A stretch of 41,646 nt of DNA from Leadbetterella byssophila (GCA_040394705.1 JBEBRS010000001.1:1-41646); one strand, 5' to 3'. Positions 1 to 9,533 are shown, counted from the stretch's first letter. The notes: generated by a model not told the origin, from the sequence alone. Made by a program: numbers and translations.

Positions 1-53
1 TCCAGTACGTCAGTTTAGCAAACTGGTGGTTTCAGCCACTCACCCATCTCTCC
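1..53 (-). tRNA. tRNA-Ser(GCT), 5' part; 3' end lies outside the window
   Basis: Reverse complement reads GGAGAGATGGGTGAGTGGCTGAAACCACCAGTTTGCTAAACTGACGTACTGGA: acceptor 5' strand, D-arm, anticodon loop TTGCTAA (anticodon at 17-19) and start of a long variable arm. Confidence 0.93.
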
Positions 54-64
54 GAAAAGGTTTG

Positions 65-95
65 CAAATATAGGTCCTTTTTAGACTTCAGCAAA
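65..95 (-). promoter_or_regulatory. Bacteroidota primary-sigma promoter for the tRNA
   Basis: Minus strand TTTG (92-95), 19-nt spacer, TATATTTG (65-72); matches the -33/-7 consensus TTTG/TAnnTTTG. Confidence 0.75.
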
Positions 96-167
96 ACTTC
101 GCCCCTATATTTTTAAGATATTTTTCTGAAATTTTTAGCCTGTTCTGCCTAAGAATTTGGCAATAAA

Positions 168-737
168 CTATTTAATTCGTCCCGGGTTTTCAGACAAAAA
201 TGCAGACCAGCCCGATTTCTTCGAACCGTTGCCCGTTAAGGCCTTGGTGCCGGCATGCATGAAATGACATACCCCTACCGCCAGGGCATCGGTGGCATCG
301 TAAAATTTCTTTTCCAGGGTCTGGTTGAAGAGCTTCTCCAGCATATAGGCCACCTGCTCTTTGGTGGCATTGCCGTTGCCCGTCACACTCTGCTTGACTT
401 TCTTGGGCAGGTATTCCACAATGTTCACATCCCGCGCCAGGGCAGCGGCCATGGCTACCCCCTGTGCACGCCCCAACTTGAGCATCGACTGCACATTTTC
501 TCCGTAAAAAGGAGCCTCAATGGCCATTTCGTCCGGCAGGTATTCGGTAATGAGCTGGGTAATCCGCTCAAAAATCCGCTTCAGCTTCAGTTCGTGCGAA
601 CCCAGCTTTTCCAGGCGCAAAACCCCGTACTGAATGATGCGAAGCTTGGAATTCTTCACTTCGATAATCCCATACCCCATCACTCTTGTTCCCGGATCTA
701 TGCCCAGTATTATTTTTTCATTTACCTTTGCTTCCAA
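168..737 (-). CDS. ruvC: Holliday junction resolvase RuvC
   Basis: ILGIDPG, AIEAPF, KLGRAQG, GNGNATKEQV and DATDALAVG motifs; TTG start uncertain. Confidence 0.95.
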   Translation of the reverse strand: MEAKVNEKIILGIDPGTRVMGYGIIEVKNSKLRIIQYGVLRLEKLGSHELKLKRIFERITQLITEYLPDEMAIEAPFYGENVQSMLKLGRAQGVAMAAALARDVNIVEYLPKKVKQSVTGNGNATKEQVAYMLEKLFNQTLEKKFYDATDALAVGVCHFMHAGTKALTGNGSKKSGWSAFLSENPGRIK

Positions 738-748
738 ATCTCCGCTGT

Positions 749-1693
749 TTGAAGTTAACCCTGCAAAATACCGTTCAATTTTTATCTAATCCTAATCTTC
801 GCCGGTTTTTAAGGACGGTCTTCCTCATAGTGATGACCGGCCTCCTGGTATACCAGGTATCCCGACTCGACCTCTCTCCCGGTTTCCTGAAAGAGATAGC
901 AAAACAAATGCACGCCATTTGGCTCCTTCCCGGTATTTTGCTGGTACTGCCCAACTATTACCTGGAAATCACCAAATGGAAAATTCTCGGCGGGCAGCTG
1001 GAAGACCGGGACTTTTCAACCTCCGCTCACGAAGTACTCCGGGGCCTGAAACTGGGTGTTATAACTCCCCTTATGGCCGGAGACTACCTGGGGCGAAGCA
1101 TGGATTTCGCGCGAAAAAACCGGCTTCCCGCCGTGCTGCTGAACCTGTACAACAGCTTTACCCAAACCTGGACGGCCCTTCTCTTTGGGGGTGCCGGGCT
1201 TTTTCTGTGGTATTTCCGGGAAAATGAAGCATACCTCCTGCTGCCTGCTACGCTGATCTCGGCCACCGCCCTCCTCGGGATTGCTGTGCTTTACAGTGTG
1301 CAACCGATTGCACTGGCTCGATGGGGTTTCCTGAAAAAGTACATTGTCGCCCTCTCGTTACCCCTTTCTTTGAAAAATCGGGTCATCGGGCTATCTCTTT
1401 TACGTACGGTAATCTACAACCTCCAATATGTCTGTTTCTACCTTGCTTTCGGACTACGCCTGGAAACGGCCGTGCTTTTCATCGGTATAAATCTCCTCCT
1501 CCTGGTCAAAACCGTAGGGGGCGGACTCAACGCCTTTGGCGACCTCACCCTCAGAGAATTAGTGAGTCTCCACTTCTTCCGTTTGTACGAAGTAGACGAA
1601 CGTACCGTATTAATCGCTACCTTTGCAGTCTGGTTTTTCAGCGTTTTTACACCGGTTCTGGCCGGGATTTTTTACCAGCCTCCAAAGAAATGA
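749..1693 (+). CDS. Lysylphosphatidylglycerol-synthase-TM/flippase-like integral membrane protein
   Basis: Multi-TM hydrophobic ORF with EITKWKIL and TPLMAGDYLGR motifs; start probably TTG 749 or later, downstream of the TACCTTTG box at 723-730. Confidence 0.65.
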   Translation: MKLTLQNTVQFLSNPNLRRFLRTVFLIVMTGLLVYQVSRLDLSPGFLKEIAKQMHAIWLLPGILLVLPNYYLEITKWKILGGQLEDRDFSTSAHEVLRGLKLGVITPLMAGDYLGRSMDFARKNRLPAVLLNLYNSFTQTWTALLFGGAGLFLWYFRENEAYLLLPATLISATALLGIAVLYSVQPIALARWGFLKKYIVALSLPLSLKNRVIGLSLLRTVIYNLQYVCFYLAFGLRLETAVLFIGINLLLLVKTVGGGLNAFGDLTLRELVSLHFFRLYEVDERTVLIATFAVWFFSVFTPVLAGIFYQPPKK

Positions 1694-2757
1694 TTCTCCT
1701 GATCTGTTATAGCCTTTTCCTGATCCTGGCCACTGTCTGGTGGCTTTCCGTTCAGGTTTCTGAGCCCGGACAGTCGGATGAGCGGGTCACCGCCATCGTG
1801 GTTACACGCAATGAAGAGCTGAATATCGTTCCTCTCCTCGAAAGTTTAAAGCGCCAGACCTACCCCCACCTGGAAGTGATCATGGTAGACGACGGTTCCA
1901 CCGATAAAACCGTAGAGTACGCCGAAAAATTACAACTCGAGAACCTGCGTATACTCCATCTCGAAGAAGGGGAGCGGGGCAACGCACCTAAAAAAGCGGG
2001 AATAGAAAAGGCCATAAAGGAAGCTGAAGGCAGTATCATTTTTACTACTGACGGCGATTGTGTGCTTCCTCCCAAACTGATTGCATTCTATGCCGGAATG
2101 TTCCTTAAAAAAGAGGTAAAAATGCTGGCCGGCCCTGTGACATTTACCTGTGAAAAAGGCTTTTGGAACCAGCTGCAAACCGTAGAGTTCTCTTCGCTCA
2201 TGGGCGCGGCAGCAGTAGCGTTTTTCCTTAAAAGACCTATTATGTGCAGCGCCGCAAACCTGGCTTACCGGAAATCGGTTTTCCTGGAAACCGGCGGATA
2301 TGCAGATAATGGGGAAAAAGCTTCCGGAGACGACCAGTTCCTTATGAATAAAATACATGCCCTGGACCGCGACAGCCTCCTGTTTGTAAAAAACAAAGCG
2401 TGTATCGTGGAAACGCGGGCGGCCGAAACGCCGCGGCAGTTCTTCCACCAGAGAAAACGCTGGGTGGGGAAATGGCGTTCAGGGAACAATTGGGTTTCCC
2501 AACTTACCGCTATTCTTATTTTCCTTGTCAACGCCCTGACTCTCTGGTTTATCGCCACCGGAAAATGGCAGATTGCTCTTTTTCGGTTTCTCACCGAGTT
2601 TATCTTTCTCGCCTCGGTGCTGCTCTTTTTTAACCGAAGAAAAAGCCTGCTCTTTATCCCTTTCACCCAGATGATCTATCCATTTTATGCTGTATTTTTC
2701 GGACTAATTTCACTAATTCCTACTAATTATACCTGGAAAGGACGCCGACTGAAATGA
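1690..2757 (+). CDS. Family 2 glycosyltransferase, QxxRW type
   Basis: RNEE, VDDGSTD, TDGDC, SGDD and QRKRW motifs with flanking TM helices; ATG 1690 overlaps the upstream TGA (ATGA). Confidence 0.9.
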   Translation: MILLICYSLFLILATVWWLSVQVSEPGQSDERVTAIVVTRNEELNIVPLLESLKRQTYPHLEVIMVDDGSTDKTVEYAEKLQLENLRILHLEEGERGNAPKKAGIEKAIKEAEGSIIFTTDGDCVLPPKLIAFYAGMFLKKEVKMLAGPVTFTCEKGFWNQLQTVEFSSLMGAAAVAFFLKRPIMCSAANLAYRKSVFLETGGYADNGEKASGDDQFLMNKIHALDRDSLLFVKNKACIVETRAAETPRQFFHQRKRWVGKWRSGNNWVSQLTAILIFLVNALTLWFIATGKWQIALFRFLTEFIFLASVLLFFNRRKSLLFIPFTQMIYPFYAVFFGLISLIPTNYTWKGRRLK

Positions 2758-3353
2758 CCCGTATCCTGGAAATTATATACCCCCGTTTCCTCTGGCGTAT
2801 GCCCGCCGAAGAGCCCTGCATTTACCTGACTTTTGATGACGGCCCGGTACCGGAAATCACCCCCGGCGTACTGGAACTCCTGCATAAGTACAACGCGAAA
2901 GCCACCTTCTTTTGTGTAGGCGATAATATCCGGAAACACCCCGCCACCTTCCAACAGGTGGTAGACGCCGGCCACAGCGTAGGAAACCACACCCACAACC
3001 ACCTGAACGGATGGAAAACACCTGTAGAAGAGTATCTCCTGAACGTCCGGAAAGCGGGGGAATACTATAACACACACCTGTTCCGCCCCCCTTACGGAAG
3101 AATTAAAAAGGAACAGGCCCGGCGCATTCTGGCAGACTACTCCGTGGTCATGTGGTCTGTACTGACACGCGATTACTCCCCCGCATTGTCTCCCGAAAAA
3201 TGCCTGAAAAACGCCATACAGAAAACCCGGAACGGGAGTATCGTATTGTTTCACGACAGTCTGAAAGCACAGAAAAACCTAGAGTACGTATTGCCCCGCT
3301 ACCTGGAGCATTTCAGTGCGCTGGGATACCGGTTTGAAAAGCTGGAGCCTTAA
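2754..3353 (+). CDS. Polysaccharide deacetylase (CE4/NodB family)
   Basis: LTFDDGP, GNHTHNH, FRPPYG and IVLFHD motifs; ATGA overlap. Confidence 0.93.
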   Translation: MTRILEIIYPRFLWRMPAEEPCIYLTFDDGPVPEITPGVLELLHKYNAKATFFCVGDNIRKHPATFQQVVDAGHSVGNHTHNHLNGWKTPVEEYLLNVRKAGEYYNTHLFRPPYGRIKKEQARRILADYSVVMWSVLTRDYSPALSPEKCLKNAIQKTRNGSIVLFHDSLKAQKNLEYVLPRYLEHFSALGYRFEKLEP

Positions 3354-3790
3354 TTGAGACCATAGCTGAGAAAAGAGTGCCCGTCAGCTACCCTATTGCA
3401 CAGGTCCCTTATCGTCCGGGAGGTTAATTTGTCAATTATCCCGGCCCGGAAAACCGAAAAGTCCTGGTGAAGCGGACAGGGATTCTCCGAAGAACATTCT
3501 TCCATACCCATAAAGCAACGGGTTCTGTAGGCATCGCCGTCAATCATCTCCACCAGCTCCACCACCCGCATATCCATCACTGTTTCTTTCACAAAAAAAC
3601 CACCGTTCGGTCCCTTGGCAGAACCCACTACTTTCCGGCGAACCAGGTCCTGTAAAATTTTGGCCAGAAAATGCTGGGGAATATCCAGCTCAGTAGCAAT
3701 CTCGTGAATTCCCACATTCCTGTCTTCCTCCAGCTTCGTTGCCAGGTACACCACTCCCCTTATTCCATACCCGCAGGTCTTCGATATCAT
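3350..3790 (-). CDS. Rrf2-family transcriptional regulator with Fe-S-type Cys motif
   Basis: wHTH IATELDIPQHFLAKILQDL, SAKGPNGGF wing and CFMGMEECSSENPCPLH. Confidence 0.92.
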   Translation of the reverse strand: MISKTCGYGIRGVVYLATKLEEDRNVGIHEIATELDIPQHFLAKILQDLVRRKVVGSAKGPNGGFFVKETVMDMRVVELVEMIDGDAYRTRCFMGMEECSSENPCPLHQDFSVFRAGIIDKLTSRTIRDLCNRVADGHSFLSYGLN

Positions 3791-3821
3791 TTTCTGTAGT
3801 TTTTTAAAGTAGATTTTATCG

Positions 3822-3866
3822 CAAAGATATAAAGACCTCTATATCTTCTTTTATGACATTTATCAT
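3822..3866. promoter_or_regulatory. Rrf2 promoter -7 box, overlapping inverted repeat and FNR/Crp-like box
   Basis: Minus-strand TATCTTTG 3822-3829; AAGATATA-N8-TATATCTT 3824-3847; ATGAC-ATTT-ATCAT 3853-3866. Confidence 0.55.
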
Positions 3867-3977
3867 TTTATTTCAAAATGTAGCTCATAGTTTTCCCGCC
3901 CTCCCAATCTCAATTTTGCCCTATAAAACCTTTAGAAACTCGTTTGATCTTTTTATCTAATTAAAACGTAAACAAAA

Positions 3978-4433
3978 ATGAAAAAAACATTGTGGGCAGT
4001 TTTCTTTATTCTCATCCTGTGGGGGTGCGGTAAAGGAGCAAAACAAAGGGAAGACTCCCCTGAGTTCGATGAAGAAAAAATGGAAAAGCAGGAAGTAATT
4101 CACGGTACGGAAATTACGGAGGTCATCCTCTCTAACCCTCTGGATGCCGCTATGGTAAAGGAAGGCGAGGAGATCTATGACATGAAGTGTATGTCATGCC
4201 ACCGCCTGGATGAAACCCGGATAGTGGGTCCCGGCTGGGCGGGCATTACCAAACGCCGCACACCGGTTTGGCTAACCAATATGATTACAAACGTAGACAT
4301 CATGCTGGAAGAAGATCCTGAAGCACAAAAAATGCTGGAAGAGTGTCTCATTCGGATGCCCAACCAAAACGTAAGCCTGGACGAATCCAGAAGCATAATT
4401 GAGTTTATGCGCAAAAACGATGGTGAAATATAA
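3978..4433 (+). CDS. Monoheme cytochrome c lipoprotein, putative electron donor to NosZ
   Basis: LWGC lipobox, CMSCH heme motif, distal Met in IRMPNQ; directly upstream of nosZ. Confidence 0.9.
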   Translation: MKKTLWAVFFILILWGCGKGAKQREDSPEFDEEKMEKQEVIHGTEITEVILSNPLDAAMVKEGEEIYDMKCMSCHRLDETRIVGPGWAGITKRRTPVWLTNMITNVDIMLEEDPEAQKMLEECLIRMPNQNVSLDESRSIIEFMRKNDGEI

Positions 4434-4447
4434 TTTTTTAACCTAAT

Positions 4448-6451
4448 ATGAGAACCAAGTATTATCTGATCAGCCTGGCACTAGGTGCCCTGGCGGTTTC
4501 CCAAACAGGCTGTAAACCCGGAAGCGGGGGTGCAGGCTCCTCTGAGCTGGCGGGTGACGCCGCCCAGAAAGTATATGTGGCCCCCGGCACTCACGACGAA
4601 TTCTACAGCATTGTTTCCGGTGGATTTAACGGACAGGTTTCCGTGATCGGTCTGCCCTCCGGACGAACCCTGAAAAACATTGCCGTATTTTCACAGCATC
4701 CCGAAAACGGTTGGGGGTACAGCGAAGAAACCAAACCCATGCTGAACACTTCCCACGGTTTCATTCCCTGGGACGACTCCCACCACATCGCACTCTCTAC
4801 CACCAACAGCGAACACGATGGCCGGTGGGCATTTATCAACGGGAACAACACGCCGAGAATCGCCCGGATCAGCCTTTCTTCTTTCAAAACGGAGGAGATT
4901 ATCGAGATCCCCAACTCCGGCGGTAACCATTCCTCCCCTTTCATTACGGCTAACACAGAATACGCCGTAGCGGGAACCCGCTTCTCCGTTCCGCCGGATA
5001 ATGTAGCAGATGTGCCTATCAGTTCTTTCAAGCAGAACTTCAAGGGATATATCAGCTTTATCAGCATCGATAAAGAAACCGGCAGAATGGGCATCAAATT
5101 CCAGCTGAAAACCCCCGGCGTAAGTTATGACCTGGCGCGGGCCGGAAAAGGCAAATCGGCCGACTGGTTCTTCTTTTCCACCTACAATACCGAACAGGCC
5201 AGCACACTGCTGGAAGTGAATGCGTCTCAAAAAGACAAAGACTATATCCTGGCCGTGAACTGGAAGAAAGCCGAGCAATATCTGGCACAAGGCAAGGGCA
5301 AAAAAGAACCGGGCAGCTACACCCACAATGTGTGGGACGAAGACACCCACATGGCCACTTCTACCCTTATTAAAGAAGTGATGACCCTGGACCCGAAAGA
5401 TTGTCCTGACATGCTTTACTTTATCCCTTGTCCTAAGTCGCCCCACGGCTGTGATGTAGACCCCACCGGAAACTACATTGTAGGTTCTGGTAAACTGGCC
5501 GCCGTTATTCCGGTATTCTCCTTCGATAAAATGCAAAAGGCCATCACCTCAAAAGCGTATGACGGAGAATTTGACGGTATTCCTATCCTCAAATACGAAG
5601 AGGTGCTGTATGGTGAAGTTCAAAAACCAGGTTTGGGACCACTGCACACCGAATTTGACGGCAAAGGCAATGCCATTACTTCTATGTTTGTTTCTTCGGA
5701 ACTGGTACGCTGGAACATCGAAAAACTGGAGATTATTGACCGGGTACCAACCTACTACTCTGTGGGTCACCTGAGCATTCCCGGCGGTCCTACTGCCAAA
5801 CCTCATGGCAAATACGTAATTGCGTATAATAAGATTACGAAAGACCGTTATCTGCCTACGGGTCCGGAGCTTGCCCACTCTGCACAGTTATTTGATATTT
5901 CAGGCGACAAAATGAAGCTGCTCCTGGATTTCCCTACTACCGGCGAGCCTCACTATGCCGAAGCTATCCCGGCTTCCTTGATCAAAGACAATGTGCGTAA
6001 AATCTATGAACTGGAGAAAAACAAGCACCCGTATGCGGCAAAAAGCGAGAAGGAAACCCGCATAGAGCGAAAAGGAAAAGAGGTCCATATCTATATGACC
6101 ACCATCCGTTCTCACTTTGCGCCTGACAACATTGAAGGCATCAAAATGGGAGACGAAGTGTATTTCCACGTCACTAACCTGGAGCAAGACTGGGACGTAC
6201 CCCACGGTTTTGCCGTAAGAGGAGCGCAAAACGCGGAACTACTGATTATGCCGGGTGAGACCCAAACCTACAAGTGGATTCCTACAAGAGTGGGTGTAAC
6301 ACCGTTCTACTGTACCGACTTCTGCTCGGCCTTACACCAGGAAATGCAGGGATATATCCGGGTATCTCCCGCCAACAGCAATGTGCCCCTGAAATGGGGA
6401 CTGGGCAACAGTCCTGAGGCCGCCGCCGAAAGGGCCGTAGCCGGTAAATAA
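4448..6451 (+). CDS. nosZ: Clade II (Sec-dependent) nitrous-oxide reductase
   Basis: CuZ His motifs DDSHH, GNHSS, KSPHG, GPLHT, SVGH, EPH; CuA motifs DVPHGF and FYCTDFCSALHQEM; no twin-Arg signal, lipoprotein-like signal ending QTG-C. Confidence 0.98.
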   Translation: MRTKYYLISLALGALAVSQTGCKPGSGGAGSSELAGDAAQKVYVAPGTHDEFYSIVSGGFNGQVSVIGLPSGRTLKNIAVFSQHPENGWGYSEETKPMLNTSHGFIPWDDSHHIALSTTNSEHDGRWAFINGNNTPRIARISLSSFKTEEIIEIPNSGGNHSSPFITANTEYAVAGTRFSVPPDNVADVPISSFKQNFKGYISFISIDKETGRMGIKFQLKTPGVSYDLARAGKGKSADWFFFSTYNTEQASTLLEVNASQKDKDYILAVNWKKAEQYLAQGKGKKEPGSYTHNVWDEDTHMATSTLIKEVMTLDPKDCPDMLYFIPCPKSPHGCDVDPTGNYIVGSGKLAAVIPVFSFDKMQKAITSKAYDGEFDGIPILKYEEVLYGEVQKPGLGPLHTEFDGKGNAITSMFVSSELVRWNIEKLEIIDRVPTYYSVGHLSIPGGPTAKPHGKYVIAYNKITKDRYLPTGPELAHSAQLFDISGDKMKLLLDFPTTGEPHYAEAIPASLIKDNVRKIYELEKNKHPYAAKSEKETRIERKGKEVHIYMTTIRSHFAPDNIEGIKMGDEVYFHVTNLEQDWDVPHGFAVRGAQNAELLIMPGETQTYKWIPTRVGVTPFYCTDFCSALHQEMQGYIRVSPANSNVPLKWGLGNSPEAAAERAVAGK

Positions 6452-6458
6452 CTTTATC

Positions 6459-6539
6459 GAAGAATGAAACGCGGGAAGAATGCCCGGAGCCTCAACAGAC
6501 CCGAAACGGCTTCTTCCCTGCGCTTCATACACATTCTTC
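6459..6539 (+). other. Long intergenic stem-loop after nosZ
   Basis: GAAGAATG (6459-66) pairs with CATTCTTC (6532-39); GGGAAGAA (6473-80) pairs with TTCTTCCC (6511-18); no poly-U tail. Confidence 0.6.
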
Positions 6540-6552
6540 AAACCCCAAAACA

Positions 6553-7161
6553 ATGAAAAACAATACGCATATATCGGGCAAGATCTCCGGTACTTCCAGG
6601 TGGATTTTGTTACTGGGAGCATTGAGCCTGCTGGTTACCTATTTCGTGCCGATCTGGCGGATCGACCTGTGGGCTCCCCAATACCCGGAAGGGCTGACAA
6701 TGAAAATCTGGCTTGATAAACTGAGCGGCCAGGTGGAGATCATTAACGGCCTGAACCATTATATCGGGATGGCTCATATTAAAGAAGAAATGTTTCCCGA
6801 ATTTAAAATCCTCCCCTACTGCGTGGCTTTTTTATCGCTTACGGGTATTCTGGCCGCTTTGTGGAGGAGTAAAAAGGGGGTAGTAGCCTATTTCATCCTC
6901 CTGGTCAGCGGTGCAGTGATTGCCCTGTATGACTTCTGGAAATGGGGATACGAATACGGACACAACCTCAGCGATGACGCACCTATAAAAGTACCCGGCA
7001 TGGCCTACCAACCTCCCTTACTGGGCTACAAGGAACTGCTTAATTTCGGTGCCTATTCCATTCCGGACATTGGCGGTTGGATTTTTGCCGCTTTCGGCCT
7101 ATCCCTCATTTGGATTATTGTATACGAATTTAAACTCAGAAAAGATGAAAAATTTCCTTAA
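6553..7161 (+). CDS. nosB: NosB-type membrane protein of clade II nos clusters
   Basis: WRIDLWAPQYPEGL, INGLNHYIGM, YGHNL and YQPPLLG motifs, about 4 TM, directly after nosZ. Confidence 0.85.
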   Translation: MKNNTHISGKISGTSRWILLLGALSLLVTYFVPIWRIDLWAPQYPEGLTMKIWLDKLSGQVEIINGLNHYIGMAHIKEEMFPEFKILPYCVAFLSLTGILAALWRSKKGVVAYFILLVSGAVIALYDFWKWGYEYGHNLSDDAPIKVPGMAYQPPLLGYKELLNFGAYSIPDIGGWIFAAFGLSLIWIIVYEFKLRKDEKFP

Positions 7162-7555
7162 ACTGACCATAGTTTTGGCCGTTTTGGGCGCTTGTACCCC
7201 GAAAACTGAGGCTTTCAATTATGGCGAAGACCAGTGCACTTTCTGTAAAATGTCTATTGTAGAAGATCAATACGCCGCACAAACCGTTACCTCCAAAGGC
7301 AAGGTTTTTAAATACGACGATATAAGCTGCATGATCCGTCATATCCATACCCTCGAAAATACGGAACTCGCGTTCCGCGTAGTAAATAATTTTGAGAACC
7401 CGCAGGAGCTTCTCGATGTCGAAAAGGCATTTTTTATCCAATCTGATCAGTATGCCAGCCCAATGGGCGGAAACACGGCCGCTTTTTCCTCGGTAGAACC
7501 AAACGAAACCCTTACGCTGTACACCTGGGAGCAGTTACAGGAAATATTTAATTGA
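7145..7555 (+). CDS. nosL: Copper chaperone lipoprotein NosL
   Basis: LGAC lipobox, CTFCKM, YDDISCM and SPMGG motifs; start ATG 7145. Confidence 0.92.
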   Translation: MKNFLKLTIVLAVLGACTPKTEAFNYGEDQCTFCKMSIVEDQYAAQTVTSKGKVFKYDDISCMIRHIHTLENTELAFRVVNNFENPQELLDVEKAFFIQSDQYASPMGGNTAAFSSVEPNETLTLYTWEQLQEIFN

Positions 7556-7557
7556 TT

Positions 7558-8808
7558 ATGTGGAAGTATATCGTATTTTTTATGCTGGCCGCCGGCAGTG
7601 TTACCGCTAAGGTACTCCCTGTCTCTTCGGTGCAAGAACTTTACCGGGTACTGGAGGCGGCCTCTGACGGAGATACCGTACTGATTAAAAGCGGAAAATA
7701 TGCGGTGGATAACATGGTGATCCACAAATCTATTACTTTACTGGGAGAGGGTTTCCCGGTACTGGACGGGGGATTCCGCAATGAAATCGTAACGGTAAAA
7801 GGAAAAGGGATACATATTGAGGGAATTGAGTTCCGGAATGTTCCCCATACCAGCACCATTGATTATGCCGGCGTAAAAGTCATGGAGTCTGAAAATGTAA
7901 CGGTCAAGAATAACCGGTTCAGAGACTGTTACTTTGCGGTCTACTTGTCGGCTTCCAACCGTTCGGCGGTAATAGGAAATGATATCTCGGGAACTCCCAA
8001 AGAAGAGCAAACCACCGGAAACGGTGTCCATGCATGGAAGTGCGATAGTGTATACATTGAAAACAACCGCATTGCCGGCCACCGCGACGGGGTGTATTTT
8101 GAATTTGTGACCAACTCCACGGTTAAAAAGAACTACAGTTCACAAAATATCCGGTACGGACTTCACTTTATGTTCTCCCACAATAATCTCTATGAATACA
8201 ACACCTTTGATAATAACGGAGCGGGAGTGGCGGTGATGTACACCCGGAAAGTGACCATGAGACACAATCACTTTATCAATAACTGGGGCGCCAGCGCTTA
8301 CGGACTTCTTCTGAAAGACATATCCGAAAGCCACATGGAACATAACCTGTTTCGTTCCAACACGGTAGGCATTTATATGGACGGCTGCAGCCGCTCTACC
8401 CTGGAAAAAAACGAATTCTCAGAAAATGGCATTGCCCTGAGGTTACAGGCCAACTGCGATGCCAATACCCTGGAAGACAATAACTTTTTGCGCAATACTT
8501 TTAACATGGGGACCAGTGGAAATACCGCGTATAACACCATTGCCCATAATTACTGGGACAATTACGAGGGCTATGACCTGGACCGTAACGGTGTAGGCGA
8601 TATACCTTTCCGACCCGTCAGCCTGTTTTCGGTCTTAATAGAAAGAGTGCCACAAGCCATGATGCTCTTCCGGAGTTTTACCGCTACCTTGTTGGAAAAA
8701 ATAGAAAAAATAATTCCCGGTATAACCCCGGATTTATTGATCGATGAAAGCCCCCGTATGAAACCTGTAAAAACAGCAATATTCCCTCTAAATGAAATAG
8801 ACGTATGA
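7558..8808 (+). CDS. nosD: N2O reductase maturation protein NosD
   Basis: Signal peptide, beta-helix repeats, GNGVHAW, RDGVY, RYGLHFM and NYWDNYEGYDLDRNGVGD motifs. Confidence 0.95.
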   Translation: MWKYIVFFMLAAGSVTAKVLPVSSVQELYRVLEAASDGDTVLIKSGKYAVDNMVIHKSITLLGEGFPVLDGGFRNEIVTVKGKGIHIEGIEFRNVPHTSTIDYAGVKVMESENVTVKNNRFRDCYFAVYLSASNRSAVIGNDISGTPKEEQTTGNGVHAWKCDSVYIENNRIAGHRDGVYFEFVTNSTVKKNYSSQNIRYGLHFMFSHNNLYEYNTFDNNGAGVAVMYTRKVTMRHNHFINNWGASAYGLLLKDISESHMEHNLFRSNTVGIYMDGCSRSTLEKNEFSENGIALRLQANCDANTLEDNNFLRNTFNMGTSGNTAYNTIAHNYWDNYEGYDLDRNGVGDIPFRPVSLFSVLIERVPQAMMLFRSFTATLLEKIEKIIPGITPDLLIDESPRMKPVKTAIFPLNEIDV

Positions 8809-9533
8809 TTAGCTTTGAAAATGTAAATAAGTCATTTGGGCGACTTCACGTACTTAAAGACATCAGCTTCGAACTGGAAGCAGGCCAGTCTGTGGCCCTG
8901 ATTGGTCCTAACGGGTCGGGGAAAACCACCCTTATCAAAACCTTGCTGGGCATGAATGTTCCCACATCAGGAAACATCCGGGTAAAGGGTATGGATATCC
9001 GTTCTGACTACCGGTATCGCTCCCACATTGGCTACATGCCTCAAATAGGAAACTACCCTAAAAATCTCAGGATCAGCCAGCTGATAAAAATGATGCGCGA
9101 CATCCGGAAGGAAAAAGGCGGGGTACAGAAAACGGATGAAGACCTGATTGACCTTTTCCGTCTCCGGGATATTTACGATAAACCCCTCGGAACCCTGTCA
9201 GGAGGTACCCGTCAGAAAGTGAGCGCTACCCTCGCCTTCCTGTTTGATCCGGAAATCCTGATTCTGGATGAACCTACGGCGGGGCTGGATCCCTTTTCCT
9301 GCGAGATTCTCAAAGAGAAAATCCTGGAAGAAAACCTGAAAGGAAAGCTCATTATTATCACCTCGCATATCCTTTCCGATCTGGAAGAACTGGCAACTCA
9401 CATGATGTACCTGGAAGAGGGTAACCTGAGGTTATTTAAGAAAATGAGCGATATAAAAGCCGAAACAGGCGAGAACAGACTTTCCCGGATCATTGCTCAC
9501 CTGATGTCTAAAAAAGAGCTGGTTAACGCATGA
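8805..9533 (+). CDS. nosF: ABC ATPase NosF
   Basis: GPNGSGKTT, LSGG, ILDEPTAGLD; position after nosD. Confidence 0.9.
   Translation: MISFENVNKSFGRLHVLKDISFELEAGQSVALIGPNGSGKTTLIKTLLGMNVPTSGNIRVKGMDIRSDYRYRSHIGYMPQIGNYPKNLRISQLIKMMRDIRKEKGGVQKTDEDLIDLFRLRDIYDKPLGTLSGGTRQKVSATLAFLFDPEILILDEPTAGLDPFSCEILKEKILEENLKGKLIIITSHILSDLEELATHMMYLEEGNLRLFKKMSDIKAETGENRLSRIIAHLMSKKELVNA

Noticed and set aside
1321-1689. 123-aa N-terminal extension of the GT2 ORF
   Set aside because: Overlaps the upstream gene in another frame; the ATGA-coupled start at 1690 gives a normal GT2
4691-5536. 281-aa antisense ORF in nosZ (likewise 26842-27687, 37010-37702, 19046-19684)
   Set aside because: Shadow ORFs opposite well-supported genes with no recognisable motifs; expected from codon bias
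6480-6716. 78-aa ORF across the nosZ-nosB spacer as a leader peptide
   Set aside because: Starts inside the hairpin and overlaps nosB out of frame; no supporting features
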